From NCBI RefSeq assembly GCF_032444005.1, contig NC_091288.1, positions 168,516,001-168,580,000 on the forward strand: a stretch of DNA of 64,000 nt. Direction: 5' to 3'. Both the position numbers and the translations under genes were made by a program. Within the stretch, counting starts at the first letter, position 1. The number at the start of each line of letters is the position of its first letter. Positions 59,919-64,000 of the stretch are shown here, piece by piece. The notes beneath the pieces were generated by a model. The model was not told where the DNA came from. It did no database searches and saw only the letters and a program-made list of their open reading frames with translations. Source of the DNA: Ranitomeya imitator (lineage: Eukaryota).

Positions 59919-60759
59919 ATATATATATAGTAAGCCACACAATATTCTGGCCATAATACGTTTCACCATGTTCAAATTTAATTTTGCTTTGTGCCCCAAA
60001 AATTCCCTTTGCTTAGATTCTAAAGAATATCCATGCTATCTTCAGATAATAATGACCCTATGTATTGTACATGCTATTGTTCTGTTATACCTTTTCATTT
60101 TTGTTTTTACCCTACAGTGCTTTACAAAGTTTGCTTAAAAATCATATAATGCAAAAAATATCATATAAAGAGATATGAAAATTTCACAAAAAATAATTTT
60201 ACAATTACATTTTATAGCTTCAAACATTTCAATAATTTAATACGTTATTGCAAAGGACTTTAGTCCATCAAAAATAAGTCTATTCAAGTTACTATTTAGT
60301 GTAACACTTTAGTCATTGATTATATTTTCTAATACAGTTTCTACAGCATTTATGATGTTGAACCCAGTTATTATTAAGTATGAAACACAAGCTGTATTCT
60401 GCAACCTGTAGCTATTAATGTGATTGGCAGCAAAGAGACATTTATTTTCTGCACAAAGGTCATTTTTCACATGACTAAAACATAAACAGAGGAGCTTAAA
60501 ACAATGTAGCTTCAATTATACACCTCAGTCAAAGCAACTCTGAAAAGATTCTCATTTACAAAACTGACAGCTAAAACAGTAAAACTGTTTGAATATTTGG
60601 AGTGTGCATGCTGGTCACTACTCACATACATCCAACGTGAATAAGAAAAACAAAGTATCGCGCAATCAGTAAAAATGCCGATTATGTCCCAATGGAGAAA
60701 CAAGCAATTGCACGAGCAGTATCCGGGTGCATACTCAAAAATAAATATGTATTTCCATA

Positions 60760-61165
60760 GAAAAAACAAATAAGAAAAAAAAGAGAGCACTCACCAACTG
60801 CTGCGATCGTCCTTACTTTATTGTGGCAATGATACAAACATATCAAAAGAGCGGCAGGGAGAAAATGTGGTTCCTTAAGACTACGGCCGTTTCGCGCTGA
60901 TGGCGCTTCAACGGGTCTTTACAATGACCTGTAGTGGGATGACGCTATATACATATCCGGTTCTAAAATGTTACATCCCATTCTACAGCGTCACTGCGGG
61001 AAGCAACTCCTATTGGTGTTAACAAAATATATTTTAAAAACACTTAAAACAAAACAAGACTGCATACGTTTCTTTCTTATTTAATTGTCTATATGCTTCC
61101 ATCATGTAATATTCTTTATTTAACAAAACAGTATTTCCCCCCTTATCTGCGGCACACACCTTGCA
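60760..61165 (-). mobile_element. Internally deleted PLE: RT N-terminal motif fused to the hammerhead tail
   Basis: Minus strand KVCAADKGGNTVLLNKEYYMMEAYRQLNKKETYAVL (~61055-61162); hammerhead-like motif 60877-60919; AATAAA 60817-22; GGTGAGTGC 60787-95. Confidence 0.75.
60877..60919 (-). ncRNA. Hammerhead-like motif with non-canonical CCGUUGA core
   Basis: AAGAC-CCGUUGA-A-GCGC-CAUCA-GCGC-GAAAC-GGCC-GUA-GUCUU. Confidence 0.6.
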
Positions 61166-62613
61166 CCAGCCATCTGAAGACTAGTACTATCAAACACAGA
61201 TCATAATTGGCTTCCTTTACCTCTGAAAAGTGTATTAATGGGGAGGGAAGGTGGGCGTAATGCAATACATGGCACATCACTCATCTCAGTCACAGCATGT
61301 TATGTTATCTCGGAGAGTATCACCGGCAGTTTCAGTCAGTGTTCTGGACAGAATGGTATGCCTGGTCGCAATTGAGTAAAAGGGGTAATTTTTGTACCAT
61401 AATCTAATAATAATGAAAAAGAAGAAAGAAAATGAGGTCAGTGCAATGTTAATACCAGGTTGCCATACTATGGTGAGGTTACTTTAACATTACTACTGTG
61501 TTTGTCTTAGAAGACTTGTAAGGGGTTCAATACAGTCCTAAGAGATCTCCAAGAGTTACATATGTCTTTTCCAGACAAAGGGAGGCTTTGCATTATTGAA
61601 ATTTGAAGTGAACAGTGAACTGATTTGCTGCAAATCTAATTTGAAAAGACTAAATAATCTCTATTAAAAAAAAGATCAAAAAACGTTATCGACCCCTAGT
61701 GTCAGACGCAGACTGAGAAGGGTCCTTGTACAAGAACAGCACGTAGTCACCTTTATGTATCTGTGACAGAAGCTGCTTGCTGCATTGGAGGTATAAGAGG
61801 ACCTCTTTATCTCTTGGGCCCCTGTATGGCTGCACAGATTGCACCTATGGTATATCTACCCCAAAATGGTACCAATAAAATCTTCAGATCATCCTCCTCC
61901 CCCCAAAAAACAAGCTTCTACTCATTTCCATCTTCTCTCAATGTAAAAATGTTGGGGTTTTAGGTTACTGGTAGCATATTCTATGGAAAAGTACTATGGC
62001 TACCCTCAATATAATACAGCAAAATGTGTGCTCCCAAATGGAGATGACTACCTTATTATCAAGCCTTGCAGTTCCCCAAAACCACAGTTAGCATCCATAT
62101 AGGTGGCATTACTGAAGAAGGAAGAATCCACTTAACAATCTACACGATGCCTGTTCCAGAAACATACTCTAGGCTCAATGTATTCGGCACTACAATGACC
62201 TACATTATTTACTACTTTCTGCAGCATCCACTGCATGTTTATTTCTGGATAACAGCTATGAGTACAATATTGTCACTGCATCAGTACATTGATTCTCCGA
62301 GGGGTGTAGTTTTCAAAATTGGGCCAATTTGCATGGTTTTCTGCTGTTTGGCACCATAGAGGTTCTGCAAGCGGTGCCTGCAAACTTTTCCAGTAAAATC
62401 TGCTTTCCAAAAGTCAAGTGGCACTTCTTCCACCTGAGCCCTGCCATATGGTAAAATGGTAATTTCTGACTACACAAATTATTGAGCCTATTTTCTCCTA
62501 TTACTACTTGTGAAAATGAAACATTTGGGGCTAAAGCAACGATTTAGTGGAATTTTCGTTTTCATTTTTATATCCCAATATTATACAATTCTGTAAAGCA
62601 CATGGTGGTTTAA

Positions 62614-64000
62614 CCCCTTCGCGCCATGCGCCGTACTAGTACTGCGCTGCCGGCACTGCATTTGTGCCAGCAGCAGTACTAGTACGGCGCACCGATCACC
62701 GCGGTCTCGCGCTGAGCGCCGCGGTGATCGGGTGCGGGTGTCAGCTGTATATGACAGCTGACACCCCGCAGCAATGCCCACGATCGGCGCTATCGCCGAT
62801 CGCGGGCATTTAACCCCTCTGATGCCGCTGTCAGTAGTGACAGCGGCATAGAGGGGGATCGCGCAGGGACGGGGGCTCCCTGCGCTCTCCCACCGGAGCA
62901 ATGCAATGAGATCGCGTTGCTGCGGTGACCCAGAAGGAGTCCCCGGATCCAAGATGGCCGCTGGACTCCTTCCGGGTCATGAAGTGACCTGGCTAGCCGG
63001 CGCCTGCTGAGAGCAGGCGCCAGAAAGCCACCTAAACTGCCTGTCAGATCGTTGATCTGACAGTGTGCTATGCACAGTGTCAGATCAACGATCTGATCTA
63101 ATACAGAGATGTCCCACCCTGGGACAATGTTAGAAAGTTCAAAAAAAAAAAAATAGAATGTGTAAAAAAAAAAAAAAAAAAAATCCCCAAATAAAAAAAA
63201 AAAAACATTTCCCAATAAATCCATTTATTTATGTAAAAAAAAAAACAAACAATAAATGTACACATATTTGGTATCGCCGCGTCCATAACGACCCGCTCTA
63301 TAAAACTATCCCACTAGTTAACCCCTTCAGTGAACACCGCAAAAAAAAAAAATAAAAAACAAGGCAAAAAACATTGCTTTATTATCATACAGGCGAACAA
63401 AAAGTGGAATAACACGCGATCAAAACGACGGATATAAATATCCATGGTACCGCTGAAAACGTCATCTTGTCCCGCAAAAAAAAAGCCGCCATACAGCATC
63501 ATCAGCAGAAAAATAAAAAAGTTATAGCTCTCAGAATAATGCGATGCAAAAACAATTATTTTTTATATAAAATAGTTTTTATTGTGTAAAAGCGCCAAAA
63601 CATAAAAAAAATTACATAAATGAGGTATCGCTGTAATCGTACTGACCTGAAGAATAAAACTGCTTTATCCATTTTACCACACGTGGAACGGTATAAACGC
63701 CCCCCTAAAAGAAATTCAGGAATTGCTGGTTTTTGGTCATTCCGCCTCCCAAAAATCGGAATAAAAAGCGATCAAAAAATGTCATCTGCCCGAAAATGTT
63801 ATCAATAAAAACGTCAACTCGTCCCGCAAAAAACAAGACTTCATATGACTCTGTGGGCCAAAATATGGATAAATTATAGCTCTCAAAATGTGGTGATGCA
63901 AAAACTATTTTTTGCAATAAAAAGCGTCTTTTAGTGTGTGACAGCTGCCAATCATAAAAATCCGCCAAAAAAACGCTATAAAAGTAAATCAAACCTCCCT
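62614..64000. mobile_element. piggyBac-like non-autonomous element (TTAA|CCCCTT end), apparently nested in an older related copy, running off the right edge
   Basis: TTAA at 62610-13 followed by CCCCTTCGCGCC; CpG-rich subterminal hairpins; A-rich body; no transposase ORF. Confidence 0.65.

Overview
Vertebrate, repeat-dense genomic DNA; the repeat families resemble those of anuran (frog) genomes, which is an inference. The only host coding sequence I can support is one 593-bp minus-strand exon of grin2a (NMDA receptor GluN2A N-terminal domain, 26582-27174), so most of the window is probably grin2a intron. The rest is mobile elements: (1) a young Neptune-type Penelope-like retroelement (PLE) with an upstream ORF1 and an intact RT + GIY-YIG ORF2, joined head-to-head to an inverted partial copy; (2) several short PLE terminal fragments carrying minimal hammerhead-ribozyme motifs; (3) an intact chromodomain Ty3/Gypsy element with near-identical LTRs; (4) solo and decayed LTRs; (5) three Tc1/mariner copies; (6) a decayed hAT transposase, L2 remnants, and many hAT, Harbinger, T2/Kolobok, Tc2-like and piggyBac-like MITEs; (7) two satellite-like arrays. 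The strongest candidates for new biology are both in the PLE system. First, an in-phase U_UUU_UUA slippery site could fuse ORF1 to RT-endonuclease by -1 ribosomal frameshifting. Second, the hammerhead cores are non-canonical: G3:C8 and U3:A8 compensatory swaps, and a CCGUNGA core conserved in two diverged copies. All alignments and counts were done by eye; no database searches were run.
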